Below are positions 53,582 to 64,000 of a stretch of DNA of 64,000 nt, one piece after another. Positions within the stretch are counted from its first letter, which is position 1; every line of letters begins with the position of its first letter. This stretch comes from the human T2T-CHM13v2.0 reference genome, Homo sapiens. The DNA lies in the NCBI RefSeq assembly GCF_009914755.1, contig NC_060933.1. The stretch is one strand, 5' to 3'. The notes beneath the pieces were generated by a model. The model did not search any database, was not told the origin of the DNA, and saw nothing but the letters and a program-made list of their open reading frames with translations. A program made the translations under genes and the position numbers.

Positions 53582-54746
53582 TTCCTGCCTTCTTATATTA
53601 GTAAGACAAATAAAACAAAATAGTGTTGAAGTGTTGGGGTGGCGAAAATTTTTTGGGGGTGGTATGGAGAGAGAGTGGGCGATGTTTCTCAGGGCTGCTT
53701 CAAGCGGGAACCTAGAGGGGGACAGATTAAGCTGAAGGGAGGTCTTGTGGTGAGGGGTGATATTGTGGGGATGTTAGAAGAAACATTTGTAGTATAGAAT
53801 AATTGGTGATGGCCTGGATACGGTTTTGGATGAATTGAGCGAGCTTGATGTGTAGGGAAGGGAGGGGGCCTGAATAATCCCTGAGGAGTAGTAGAATAGC
53901 AGATGGAACACTGAGAAGTTATTTCCTTGAGGATAGATTTCCATGATGGAAAGGAAATGAGAGGTTCTAAGAGGCGGGCTAGTGGCTTGTGCTATAGCAT
54001 AGGCTGCCTTTGCTGGTGTGTGGCGATTAGGCCTGGTGGGCCTGCCATCAATAAATCAAGCGTGATCAGGGTGAGGAACAGGAAAGAAGGAAATATGGGG
54101 AAATGGGGTGAATGTCAGATGGATCAGAGAGATACAGTCATGGGGGTCAGGTGTGGTATCAGGAATAATGTGGGAGGCCAGATTGAAGTCCAGGCCAGGA
54201 ACAATGGTAATTGTGGGACTTAACAAAGAGTGAGTACAGCTGAAGGAGCCGGGGAGCAGAAAGTGTATGCATCAGGTATAAGGGAGAAAATAGATTTCGG
54301 AAGTTATAAGAAATGTAGAGAGTGAGTTGAGCATAGTTTGTGATTTTTAGGGCCTCTAAAAGTATTAAAGCAGCGGCAGCCGCTGCACGCAGACATGAGG
54401 GCTAGGCTAAAACAGTAAGGTCAAATTGTTTGGACAGAAAGGCTACAGGGTGTGGTCCTGGCTGTTGTGTAAGAATTCTGACCATGCTAACCATGCCTAG
54501 GAAGGAAAGGAGTTGTTGTTTTGTAAGGGATTGAGGTTTGAGAGATTAATCGGACACGATCAGCAGGGAGAGCACGTGTGTTTTTATGAGAATTATGCCA
54601 AGATAGGTAACAGATGAGGATGAAATTTGGGCTTGACTGAAGTAATGGGGGCTGTCTGTGAAGCCTTGCGGCAGTACAGCCCAGGTAATTTGCTGAGCCT
54701 AATGGGTGTCAGGGTCAGTCTAAGTGAAGGCAAAGAGAGGCTGGGA

Positions 54747-55391
54747 TCAAGGTTGCAAAGGAATAGTAAAGAAAGCATGTTTGAGATCCAGAACAGAATA
54801 ATGGGTAGTAGAGGGAGGTACTGAAGATAGGAGAGTATATGGGTTTGGCACCACGGGGTGGATAGGCAAAACAATTTGGTAGATAAGGCGCAGATTCTGA
54901 ACTAACTTGTAAGCCTTGTCTGGTTTTAGGACAGGTAAAATGGGGGAATGGTAAGGAGAGTTTATAGGTTTTAGAAGCCCATGCTGTAGCAGGCGAGTGA
55001 TAACAGGCTTTAATCCTTTTAAAGCATGCTGTGGGATGGGATATTGGCATTGAGCGGGGTAAGGGTGATTAGATTTTAACGGGATGGTAATGGGCATGTG
55101 ATCGGTTGCCAGGGAAGGAGTAGAGATGTCCCATACTTGTGGGTTAAGGTGGGGAGATATGAGAGGAAGACACGAAGGAGGCTTTGGGCTGGGGAGAAGG
55201 GTGGCAATGAGATGCAGCTGTAGTCCAGGAATAGTCAGGGAAGCAGATAATTTGGTTAAAACATCTCGGCCTAATAAGGGAACTGGGCAGGTGGGGATAA
55301 CTACAAAAGAGTGCATAAAAGAGTGTTCTCCAAGTTGGCACCAGAGTTGGGGAGTTTTCAGGGGTTTTGAAGCCTGGCCGTCAATACCCAC
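54747..55391 (-). pseudogene. HERV-H pro/pol remnant (protease C-terminus and RT N-terminus)
   Basis: LLGRD, QYPI, SPYHSPILPVLKPDKAYKLVQNLR, VLDLKHAFFTIPL; stops before the YxDD motif. Confidence 0.92.
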
Positions 55392-55585
55392 AACAGTTAT
55401 GGAGGCAAGGGAAACAGGCCCCTGAAAAGAAGGTAATGTGGAGTCGTAGCTTCCATATTGATTAAGAAGGGGACGGACTTACCTTCCACTGTGAGAGTTA
55501 CCCAAAGCTCGGCGTCCGTGATGGTCTACTGGGCTTCCGAGGCGATTGGGCAGCATCAGTCTTCAGCCGCTAAGCCGAGAAGGAG

Positions 55586-55897
55586 TCAGTCAGAGGAGCC
55601 TTGGGCCAGAGTTCCAGGGGCTCCGGGAGTGGCTGCCAGGTGAGTTGAACAGTCCGATTTCCAGTGGGGTCCCGCACAAATGGGACATGGCTTAGGAGGA
55701 ATCCTGGGCTGCAGGCATTCCTTGGCCTGGTGGTCAGATTTCTGGCACTTGTAGCAAGCTCCTAGGGGAGGAGGTTCTGGAGGAACGCCTGGCCGCTGCG
55801 GTTCAGGCGTTTGGAAGTTCTTGTGTGCTGGAGATGTAGCTGGGGTTTGTCTCACAGTGGAGGCAAGGAATTGCAACTTTTTTCTATTATTGTACAC
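55586..55897 (-). pseudogene. HERV-H gag nucleocapsid remnant
   Basis: Zinc knuckles CYKCQKSDHQAKEC and CPICAGPHWKSDC. Confidence 0.92.
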
Positions 55898-56836
55898 CTT
55901 GAAGGCGAGGTTAATTAAATCCTGTTGTGGGGTTTGAGGGCCGGAATTTAATTTTTGGAGTTTTATTTAATGTCGGGAGCAGATTGGGTAATAAAATGTA
56001 TATTGAGAATAAGACGGCCTTTTGACCTTTTAGGGTCTAGGGCTGTAAAGCGTCTCAGGGTTGCTGCCGAACGAGCCATGAACTGGGCTGGGTTTTTATA
56101 TTTGATGAAAAAGAGCCTAAAGTCTTCTGATTTGGGATAAAGAAAAAGGAGCATTAAACTTGACTATGCCTTTGGCTCCAGCCACCTTTTTAAGAGTAAA
56201 TTGCTGGGCGGGTTGGGGAGGGCTAGTCACAGAACGAAACTGTAAGCCGGACCAGGTGTGAGGAGGGGAGGCGATAAAAAGATTACAGGGTGGAGGAGCA
56301 GAGGCTGAGGAAGAATTGGGACCTAGCTCGGCCTGGCGAGGAGGGGAGAGGTCAGATGGGTCTGTAGAAAAGGAAGATTAGAAAGACTCAGCGACGCTTG
56401 GGGTTGGGACTAAGGGGACAGGCGGGAGGGAAAGAAGGAAGATTTGGGACGAGTTGCACTGGGCACAGAGACTAGGAAGGGACTGATGTGTAAAAGAATG
56501 CCTGGACGTCAGGCACCTCAGACCATTTGCCCCTTTTACGACAAGAATTATTTAGATCTTGTAGGATGGAAAAATTCAAAGTGCCATTTTCTGGCTATTT
56601 GGAACTACTGTCGAGTTTGTACTGGGGCCAAGCGGTGTTGCAGAAGAAAATAAGGCGTTTAGGTTTTAGATCAGGTGTAAGTTGAAGAGGTTTTAAGTTC
56701 TTGAGCCCACAGGCTAAGGGAGAAGAAGGAGGAATGGAGGGTGGAAGGTTGCCCATAGTGAAGGAAGCAAACCCAGAGAAGAGAGCGTAGAGACACGGAG
56801 GGAAGGGGTTTGGGGGTTCTTGCCCCCTAGAAAACC

Positions 56837-56988
56837 GGGACTTGCCGCTAAGGGTGAAGGAGAAGGGGTTGAGGGGTACTTGCCCCTGCCCCAGGAAAGT
56901 GGGACTTCCCGCTAAGGGTGAAGGGGAAGGGGCTGAGGGGTACTTGCCCCTGCCCCAGGAAAGTGGGACTTGCCGCTAAGGGTGAAGG
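56837..56988. repeat. 64-bp-period G-rich tandem repeat in the HERV-H leader
   Basis: gggactt(g/c)ccgctaagggtgaagg starts at 56837, 56901 and 56965. Confidence 0.93.
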
Positions 56989-57273
56989 ACCAAGGCAGGC
57001 GTCCCTGCGTGGTCTGACACCCTTGAAACATGGCTGTATAATCAGAGAGGTGTCCCTGCAATGATTAAACACCAAGGGAAAGCTGCCTTCCCAGTCCATG
57101 ACCAGCGCCGGAGTTTTGGGTCCACGGATAAAACGTGTCTCTTTTGTCTCTACCAGAAAATGAAAGGAATTGAAATTAAAAGAAGGGAGAGATTGAAGTG
57201 CATCGCCAAGATTGAAAGGAGAAAGAGGTTGAGGGATAGTGAGGGAAGTTGGAGAAGGGAGTAAAAAGAGGCC

Positions 57274-57282
57274 GCTTACCGG
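57274..57282 (-). promoter_or_regulatory. HERV-H major splice donor CCG|GTAAGC
   Basis: Plus strand gcttaccgg, about 130 nt downstream of the PBS on the minus strand. Confidence 0.75.
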
Positions 57283-57405
57283 ATTTGAAATCGGTGAGAT
57301 GTTTCTTGGGCTGGTCGGTCTGAGGACCTGAGGTCGTAGGTGGATCTTTCTCACGGAGCAAAGAGCAGGAGGACAGGGGATTGATCTCCCAAGGGAGGTC
57401 CCCTG

Positions 57406-57423
57406 ATCCGAGTCACGGCACCA
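57406..57423 (-). other. Primer binding site for tRNA-His
   Basis: Minus strand TGGTGCCGTGACTCGGAT, 2 nt after the 5' LTR. Confidence 0.95.
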
Positions 57424-57425
57424 AA

Positions 57426-57865
57426 TTTCATGTGCATCCATGTGAAGAGACCACCAAACAGGCTTTGTGTGAGCAATAAAGCTGTTTATTTCACCTGGGT
57501 GCAGGTGGGCTGAGTCCGAAAAGAGAGTCAGCATAGGGAGATAAGGGTGGGGCGGTTTTATAGGATTTGGGAAGGTAATGGAAAATTACAGTCAAAGGGG
57601 GTTGTTCTCTGGTGGGCAGGGGTGGATCTCACAAAGTACATTCTCAAGGGTGGGGAGAATTACAAAGAAACTTCTTAAGGGTGGGGGAGATTACAAAGTA
57701 CATTGATCAGTTAGGGTGGGGCAGGAACAAATCACAATGGTGGAATGTCATCAGTTAAGGCTGTTTTTACTTCTTTTGTGGATCTTCAGTTACTTTAGGC
57801 CATCTGGATGTATACATGCAAGTCACAGAGATGCGAAGGCCTGGCCTGGGCTCAGAGGCCTGACA
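57426..57865 (-). promoter_or_regulatory. HERV-H 5' LTR (LTR7) promoter
   Basis: TATAAAA at 57556-57562 (minus), CCCCACCC boxes, SOX-like ACAAAAG (57773-57779) and CATTGTG; activity not provable from sequence. Confidence 0.85.
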
Positions 57866-58214
57866 ATTAAGCCTTCAGAAAAGGAACAAAATTCCCTGAA
57901 TATTGGCTATTCAATAATTTGAATATTTGGCAAGTTGACCAGGGCATTAGATCAGTAAGTCAGTAGGCTGCAACTAAAATATCTTCAGGAAGAAGAAAAG
58001 GATTTTACAAAAATACAAAATAAACCAGAAATTGCATTATTAGGAATAAGATGGGAAAAGTCTATGTTTTATCTCATGAGTGGAAAGGCAAAGCAATCAG
58101 AAACTCCAGGGGAGGAAAATTCTGTAGAAGTAAACTATGAATCTGATGATTATGAAGCTAAAATTCAGCATGGTTTTAACCATCTGAACGGTTTTTCTTT
58201 AAAAACGAAAATCC

Positions 58215-58720
58215 ATTTGATCTTCACATAAGGAATAGTCTTGATTGAGTGGCATAAAGTGAGGAATGGGGCAGCACTGGGACCATCAGGGAAGGAAATT
58301 ATATCATAGCACACAGTTGAAAATGCAGAAAGCGGGGGAGTGAGCTTCAAGTATGATCAGGACATGACTCCACGTTTCTGTAATTCCTGCTGCTTTTCCT
58401 TCTTCTGCCAGCTGAGCTTTAAGGCTGGCTTCCTTCTCAACTCAAAGATGGCTGCCTGTAGCAATGTAGCCTCATGTTCCTTGTTCCTAATTGGGAGAGA
58501 GAGCGAGTTGCTTCCCACAAGCAGTGAGCTTAATGTACATTGAATCATTCCTGAATCAGTCCTCATGACCAGGGTGCTATGTCCTGATTGGCTTACGGAT
58601 GGATGATGTGAGAAAAAGAATGTTACTTGGGTGAGGGCAATTCTACCCAAGCCACGGGCTGCTATGCAACGAGGGAGGTTTATGGAGAGGCAAACACAAC
58701 ATGCAACATGTCCTACTAAT
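58215..58720 (-). mobile_element. Old MLT1 (K/L-like) LTR
   Basis: caaagatggctgcctgtagc, ctgaatcagtcctcatgaccaggg, ctgattggctta motifs. Confidence 0.55.
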
Positions 58721-58784
58721 TTCATGGCTTTTTAAAACTTTGTGAAGAAATTTGCCCTCCTTTCAATTTACCTTCAGGGTTTAG

Positions 58785-58990
58785 AACTGCACTATGCAAT
58801 ACAATAGCCACTAACCATGCATGTCTATTCATATGTAAATTTTAATTAATTACAATAAAACTTTGGTTTCCCAGTTGCATTAGCCACATTTCAAGTGCTC
58901 AATAGCAATGCATGGTTAGTGGCTACCATATAGGACAACACAGATTATATAAATGTTCATCATCACAGAAAGTTCTATTGGACAGAGCGC
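58785..58990. mobile_element. MER3
   Basis: tagccacatttcaagtgctcaatagc...catcacagaaagttctattggacag. Confidence 0.85.
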
Positions 58991-59739
58991 TAGGCTAGAG
59001 CATAAAATGCTTTGATTTGAGGATACCTATGTTAGATGAAGCATCCTTCTTCTTGGATGTACTTTAACCATGGCAACAATGCCTGTCTTCTCCTGAAAGC
59101 TTGCAGTATAAATAACAGAAACAGAGGATTTTTATCTTATGTTAATATTTCTTCTTTTCATACTTACTTCAAGGGAAAGCTTCCATGGATGACTAAACAA
59201 AGATTATGACACAAACTAACTTTTTAGCCCCTTAGCATCCTTTCTGCTTTTCCCTTTATCCAGATCTTTCCTTGCATGCTCCTCATCCTAGGTTGTGCTT
59301 TATTTCATATTTCCCCCACTCAAGCAGTAGCTGAAGCTTCGTGTGGCAGTTATCATATCACTTGGTTTTTAGGGTGCCTATTCTCATTATATTGACATTG
59401 GTCTTAATGTGCTGGGGTGTGTAGTAAGGGAGGGCTAGCATAAGCAGGGATGCAAAACTCAGCTGTTAGCAAAGAAATAATTGAACAGTAATTGAGTTGG
59501 CTAAATATAGTAACTGATTGCTAACATAATGTTTTTTCCTGATTAGGCACAAATTATCTTGGGGTGTTAGAAAAATCTCATCCTTACGGAATACACAAGA
59601 GGGAGTTAAAGATGGTGTGGAGTAAACTGAGTTCTTCATTGTTTCTGTTTCTACAGGCATAAAGAAAAAGCTTTAAAATAGTGAGTAGTGGGGGTGGAAT
59701 ATTAAAGGTTTACCAGCATTAACAAATCAGCTAAGAGTT

Positions 59740-60000
59740 AATAAGATAACATGACTAGCATTTACTGAGCACTTAATATACGCCAGACACTGTTTTAACT
59801 GTAATGTTCCATTTATTATTCCCAACAGCTCTGTGAGATAACTACTACTGTTACCCCCCATTTCACTGATAAGGAAATTGAAGGGCCGAGAGGTCAATAA
59901 CTTACTCTAGGTTCACAAGGCCATTAAGTGATCCTATATCAGAGAGCCAGAGTTGTGATTCAAACCAAGGCAGACAATCTCTATGGTTTAATCATGACGC
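59740..60000 (-). mobile_element. MIR
   Basis: catttactgagcactta...cccatttcactgataaggaaattgaagg...gagaggtcaataactt. Confidence 0.8.
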
Positions 60001-60400
60001 ACTGGCTTGAGGAAGACACCAACAATTTGCAGCACCGGCAGTGGGATTGCATCCTACTATAGGCTTTGAATCTTTGCCATACCTGTTCATCAGGAAGCAA
60101 ACACAGACAGGAGCTCTATGGTTTGTTGGTTAGTTTTATGACTTCCCCAAAGCTGAAAAGATTCTAAATAGTAGGGAGTAGGAAATCGAAGTCAAGTTAA
60201 GCAGCAATACAGTGAAATTTAGTGGTAAAATGTATTCAGCATTTATTTAGATGCCTTCATTCTTTTAAATCTTGCCCTATATTGACTTAAATTTATTTTA
60301 TGTCAATAATTAGAGATTGTTAATTATTTTCAAATAGTCCTAACTTTCTAAGAGCAAAAAAATTGACTGGATCATATGCTTGTCTTGGTGCCTGCTAACA

Positions 60401-60461
60401 CAGTGATTCTCAATCTTGGCTGCCTGGCAGAATCACCTGAAAGAGCTTTAAAACATCCACT

Positions 60462-60501
<40 letters not shown>

Positions 60502-60556
60502 GGACTTGGGAATCAGTATTGCTAAAGTTCCTCAGGTGATTCCAATATATAGCTGC
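60401..60556. mobile_element. MER5A with internal (CT)n
   Basis: cagtgattctcaa...gaatcacctg...ctcaggtgattccaat; (CT)n at about 60464-60498. Confidence 0.75.
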
Positions 60557-61734
60557 ATAACTAAGTTAACTATGGTTCTAACAAAAGCCACTCTTCACCT
60601 AGAATAGTTAAGAGAATGGCAGGTACAGGTTCCAGAAACAAGTAACAAGAATTCATAGAGTTTTAAATCTTTTAAAATTGTGGTACATATTTGGATACTA
60701 AATATTTAGGCAGCACACTTGAAGTAAAGTGGAATAGTTACAGTGCTGTTCATTTGCTTTTTCCTTTGATGTTGTCTCACAGTTTGAGTCAGTTTACTTC
60801 TATAATCTCATATACATAGAAGACAAAATATGTATTTCATTAGGCATGTCATTTTGAACATACCATTTAAACAAGTTGTATTCTGCACTGTAACTTTTCT
60901 CATGACTAACTCAGCTTAACATCTACCTAAGAGAGAATGCCATTCATGTCTTTCTTGGAGTGTGATGTGAACTGACTTCAGCCCATTTAGTCATTCACAA
61001 TTATCAGGTGCTTTTGGTAAACTCTGGTTGTATTTACTCATTAGAGGTAGATGGAGACTATCTGCAGACTATCCATTTCTTTCCCAAACCTTGTTACCAG
61101 AATTCTTACTCCAAATTCTGCCAAACATACTGATTTTGTTAGCAAATATATGAATATAGTTATACAATCTATGTTTTAAGCTAAGAAAAGTCTCCCTCTC
61201 AGTTTCGGCAAGATTCTTTACAGACGGTTCCACTCCTATGCAGACTCAGAATCAGAGTCAACACTCTACAGTTTATAGAAAGTCATAGAATCTCCACACA
61301 TGAACCTATAATCATAAATGGCTCTAAACCTAGAAGGCTGAAGATTGAACTGGCAAGCTTCTTGGACTGTGCATCACAACCATTATGTGGATTTCTTGTA
61401 TGCTGATATGCACACCTCAGGGTGCAGATTTTGATAAAAAAAAATTTGAAATGCTTAATTAGATAGTTCTGGGGTGGCTTCCTGAATGGAGAACTTCAAT
61501 CTCTGTCACTAAGACATAGATTAAAATTAATTCACATGTACAAACAGAAGACAAGTGATAATATGTGTATTTGTATCATCATGAGTAGCAACATTAAATT
61601 TTACAAATTGACACAATTTTGGAAATGCAGGTTAGAAGAGATTCTTTGTATCCCAGTTTGGCATGGCACACTCATTAAGAGCCATACTGCTGAAAATGAA
61701 AATTAATCTTAAGTCTCTTCACTCACAGCAAAAT

Positions 61735-61790
61735 TGTGTGTGTGTGTGTGTGTGTGTGTGTCTGTGTGTCTGTGTGTGCATGTATGTATT
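61735..61790. repeat. (TG)n/(TCTG) microsatellite
   Basis: Directly visible. Confidence 0.95.
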
Positions 61791-62089
61791 CCCCCCAAAC
61801 CCAACTTGGTGAACATTATGGATTTTATTCTCTCTGACCCAATAGACATTAACTGATTATATTAACTACTCAAATTCAGCTGTAGTCCCACTGAATATTC
61901 CTCATCTAAAGACTGAACTTTAAATTTAACCTCCAGCAGCTTGTATATAAAACTGTAAGAGAGAAAATTGTTACTATATGCAATGAAGACATACATATAA
62001 CCAGCAAAAATAAAATACGCAAGTCTATTATAGTACTCATTTCTATAATTGACCACAAGATCATAAATGATATCAATTGCTTCCTACTT

Positions 62090-64000
62090 CCACTAATTAC
62101 TCTCCAATTCTTTACCCTCAGCCAGAGCCTCAGCTTGTCAGAGTTCTTTACTGATGTGGAATTTCATTTATAGAGAGTTTGAGTCCTCAACCACCCTTTT
62201 TTTTGCATTGTATTTTTTGCATTAACATTCACTATTGAGCATCAAATACAGAGGCACATCAGAAAATTCACTGGGTTAGAGATATAGTCCAGGGGCAAAC
62301 CAGTTTCTTTTTATCAATCAATATCAAATCAAGATCAATCTCTCTAGCTAATAGAGTAATTGTCTTATTTTGTGGGAGGGCAGGGGCTGTTGGTTAGGCA
62401 GCATCAAGAGCCCAAGGTAACCAGGTGACTGTCTTGTCTTCCCATGCGGTAGAAACATTTTTATATCTTTGGGTGGAAGCATTTCCCCCGTGGGAACTAA
62501 GACTTCTAAACCAGCAGAGTTCAAAGTTGCCAGGACAAAAAGCAAAAATTTTGTGAGTAGGTTATGCGGTGTAACAGTGGGATTTGTCCCTCTCCCTCCA
62601 TATCTCAATTCCTGGAGCCATACAAAGTGGCCTCTGATTTAAACCATGTACTATATCCTGTAAATCCCATTCTTTTAGGGCATTTTTACTCAAGTGGCAC
62701 CATAACTGAGTCTTCAGTAAGTCTTATATTTTGGCAAGCCCTTCACCTTTTAATTAGGTGAGCTGCTTCCAGGTGATGGGATAAGTTAATTTCATAGATG
62801 TAAGTATATGGCTTCTCTTACTTTGCAAATAAATTATTTTATCATATGCTATGCTGTACAGAATGCCATGATGGTAGAGAAGGCATTGTTTGAATCAATA
62901 GGTAGTAGTTCTGAAAAAAGCATTATGGCAAGGGAAGGCATTCCACTGAGGACCAATCTCTTTTCCCCTCACAATGAAATAGATCTACTATACTCATCAT
63001 TGTGCCACAGGGGCTGACTGGGGCCTCTGGGGTTTGTGCTATGTCTGTGGATTAATGTTGGTCACTGCTTTTGGCTGAGTTCCAATTAATCAGGTCAGCC
63101 TTGGTGAAGGTAAGTCCATGCATGGCTTCCATCCCTGTCATGATGGCCACTTTGTTCATGGACCCTTGTGGAAGCACTGGGTGGCTATTACAAGAGGCTG
63201 ACTGATATTTACCAGCATGTCATTTTATCCACTCGGTTATTAAAAGCTTCCTCTGCATTGACTGTCATTTGGTAGACATTCTTATGGAGTACAAATACAG
63301 ACCACAGTCTGTAAAAACTGTATTTTGTAATCCATTTTGTAAAATCATAACTGTTTATTGGAGCAACTCAAGTCAGGTTTTTGACAACCAGAGCTAGAAT
63401 TTGTCCTGCTAAATGGATTCAGCAATACTCTAGTAGGCTGCCCATCTAGTTTCTCAATTATCCACTGCCAAATATGGCTAAGAAAGCCTGATTGCTGATG
63501 TGTTCCTGCTGTCCCTATGATAGATGTGCCACCTTGTCTTTGGTGATTAAGTACTGCTGCTTGGCCTCTGCTACTGTGGGTTCCCCTCAGCCCCACTGAA
63601 ATCAAGGAGCCCATAGTGACAGTCATACTTACCCTACAAAAGATAGCAGCGAGAGAACTTTTCAAGGATACAATTGCTCCCCCTACTAAGACATTTTTAA
63701 ATTCTGAAGGGAAGGGCATACTTTCTGGGCTCTCTCATGAAACACAGTTGGGGAGTAAATGTGCAGGCCACACATAACAAATCCAGTCCATCAATTCAAT
63801 TATCTCCGCAGTCTTTTGAGTTCTCTTCTCCACAACATTTCAGGGAAGCTCTGGAATCTCAATCTTATTAAATGTAGCCTACCATTGCATTGGAGTTTCG
63901 GTTAATCTGTTAAAGCTACCCACAACCGCAGAAGCTAAAACATAAATCTAAAGTCTCTAGTAAGCGCATCATATCAAAGAAATTCAGCCAAATTTAGTGT
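62090..64000 (-). mobile_element. Degenerate ERVL-class internal region (gag, pol and dUTPase remnants), running off the window
   Basis: SAGLEVLVPTGEMLPP...PGYLGLLML (ERVL dUTPase-like, ORF 62348-62608); PFPSEFKNVLVGGAIVSLKSSL (ERVL gag-like, ORF 63345-63719). Confidence 0.75.

Larger units (their letters stand above)
53141..57865 (-). mobile_element. HERV-H provirus (LTR7-internal-LTR7), 4725 bp, internally deleted
   Basis: Two LTRs of about 440 bp, tRNA-His PBS, PPT, gag zinc knuckles, RT motifs; 5-bp TSD ATTAA at 53136-53140 and 57866-57870. Confidence 0.98.

Noticed and set aside
56848-57534. 228-aa ORF starting in the HERV-H LTR
   Set aside because: Spans R/U5, PBS, splice donor and leader repeats; typical open frame of C-rich HERV-H leaders, with no protein evidence

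Overview
This is primate, most likely human, non-coding genomic DNA. It is AT-rich, CpG-depleted and dominated by transposable elements, with no recognisable protein-coding gene or CpG island; the listed ORFs are repeat-derived or chance. Main landmarks: a two-LTR, internally deleted HERV-H/LTR7 provirus (53141-57865, minus strand); a complete THE1D-like MaLR (36269-38626) carrying a TSD-flanked, tail-less 5' fragment of tRNA-Arg(ACG); a full-length but internally deleted L1MA (about 43065-48058) hosting an Alu, a 3'UTR retrocopy and a templated-insertion scar; seven Alus (one very young AluY, one with an inverted 5' half); old ERVL remnants; and many MLT/MER/Tigger/MIR/L2 fossils. The most unusual structure is an inverted repeat with about 170-bp arms (23300-23894) that I do not recognise as a transposon. 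Its 250-bp loop holds a 148-nt candidate exon with good splice sites on the same strand as the HERV-H promoter. Repeat subfamily names are recalled from consensus sequences, not from a database search, and boundaries of old repeats are approximate.
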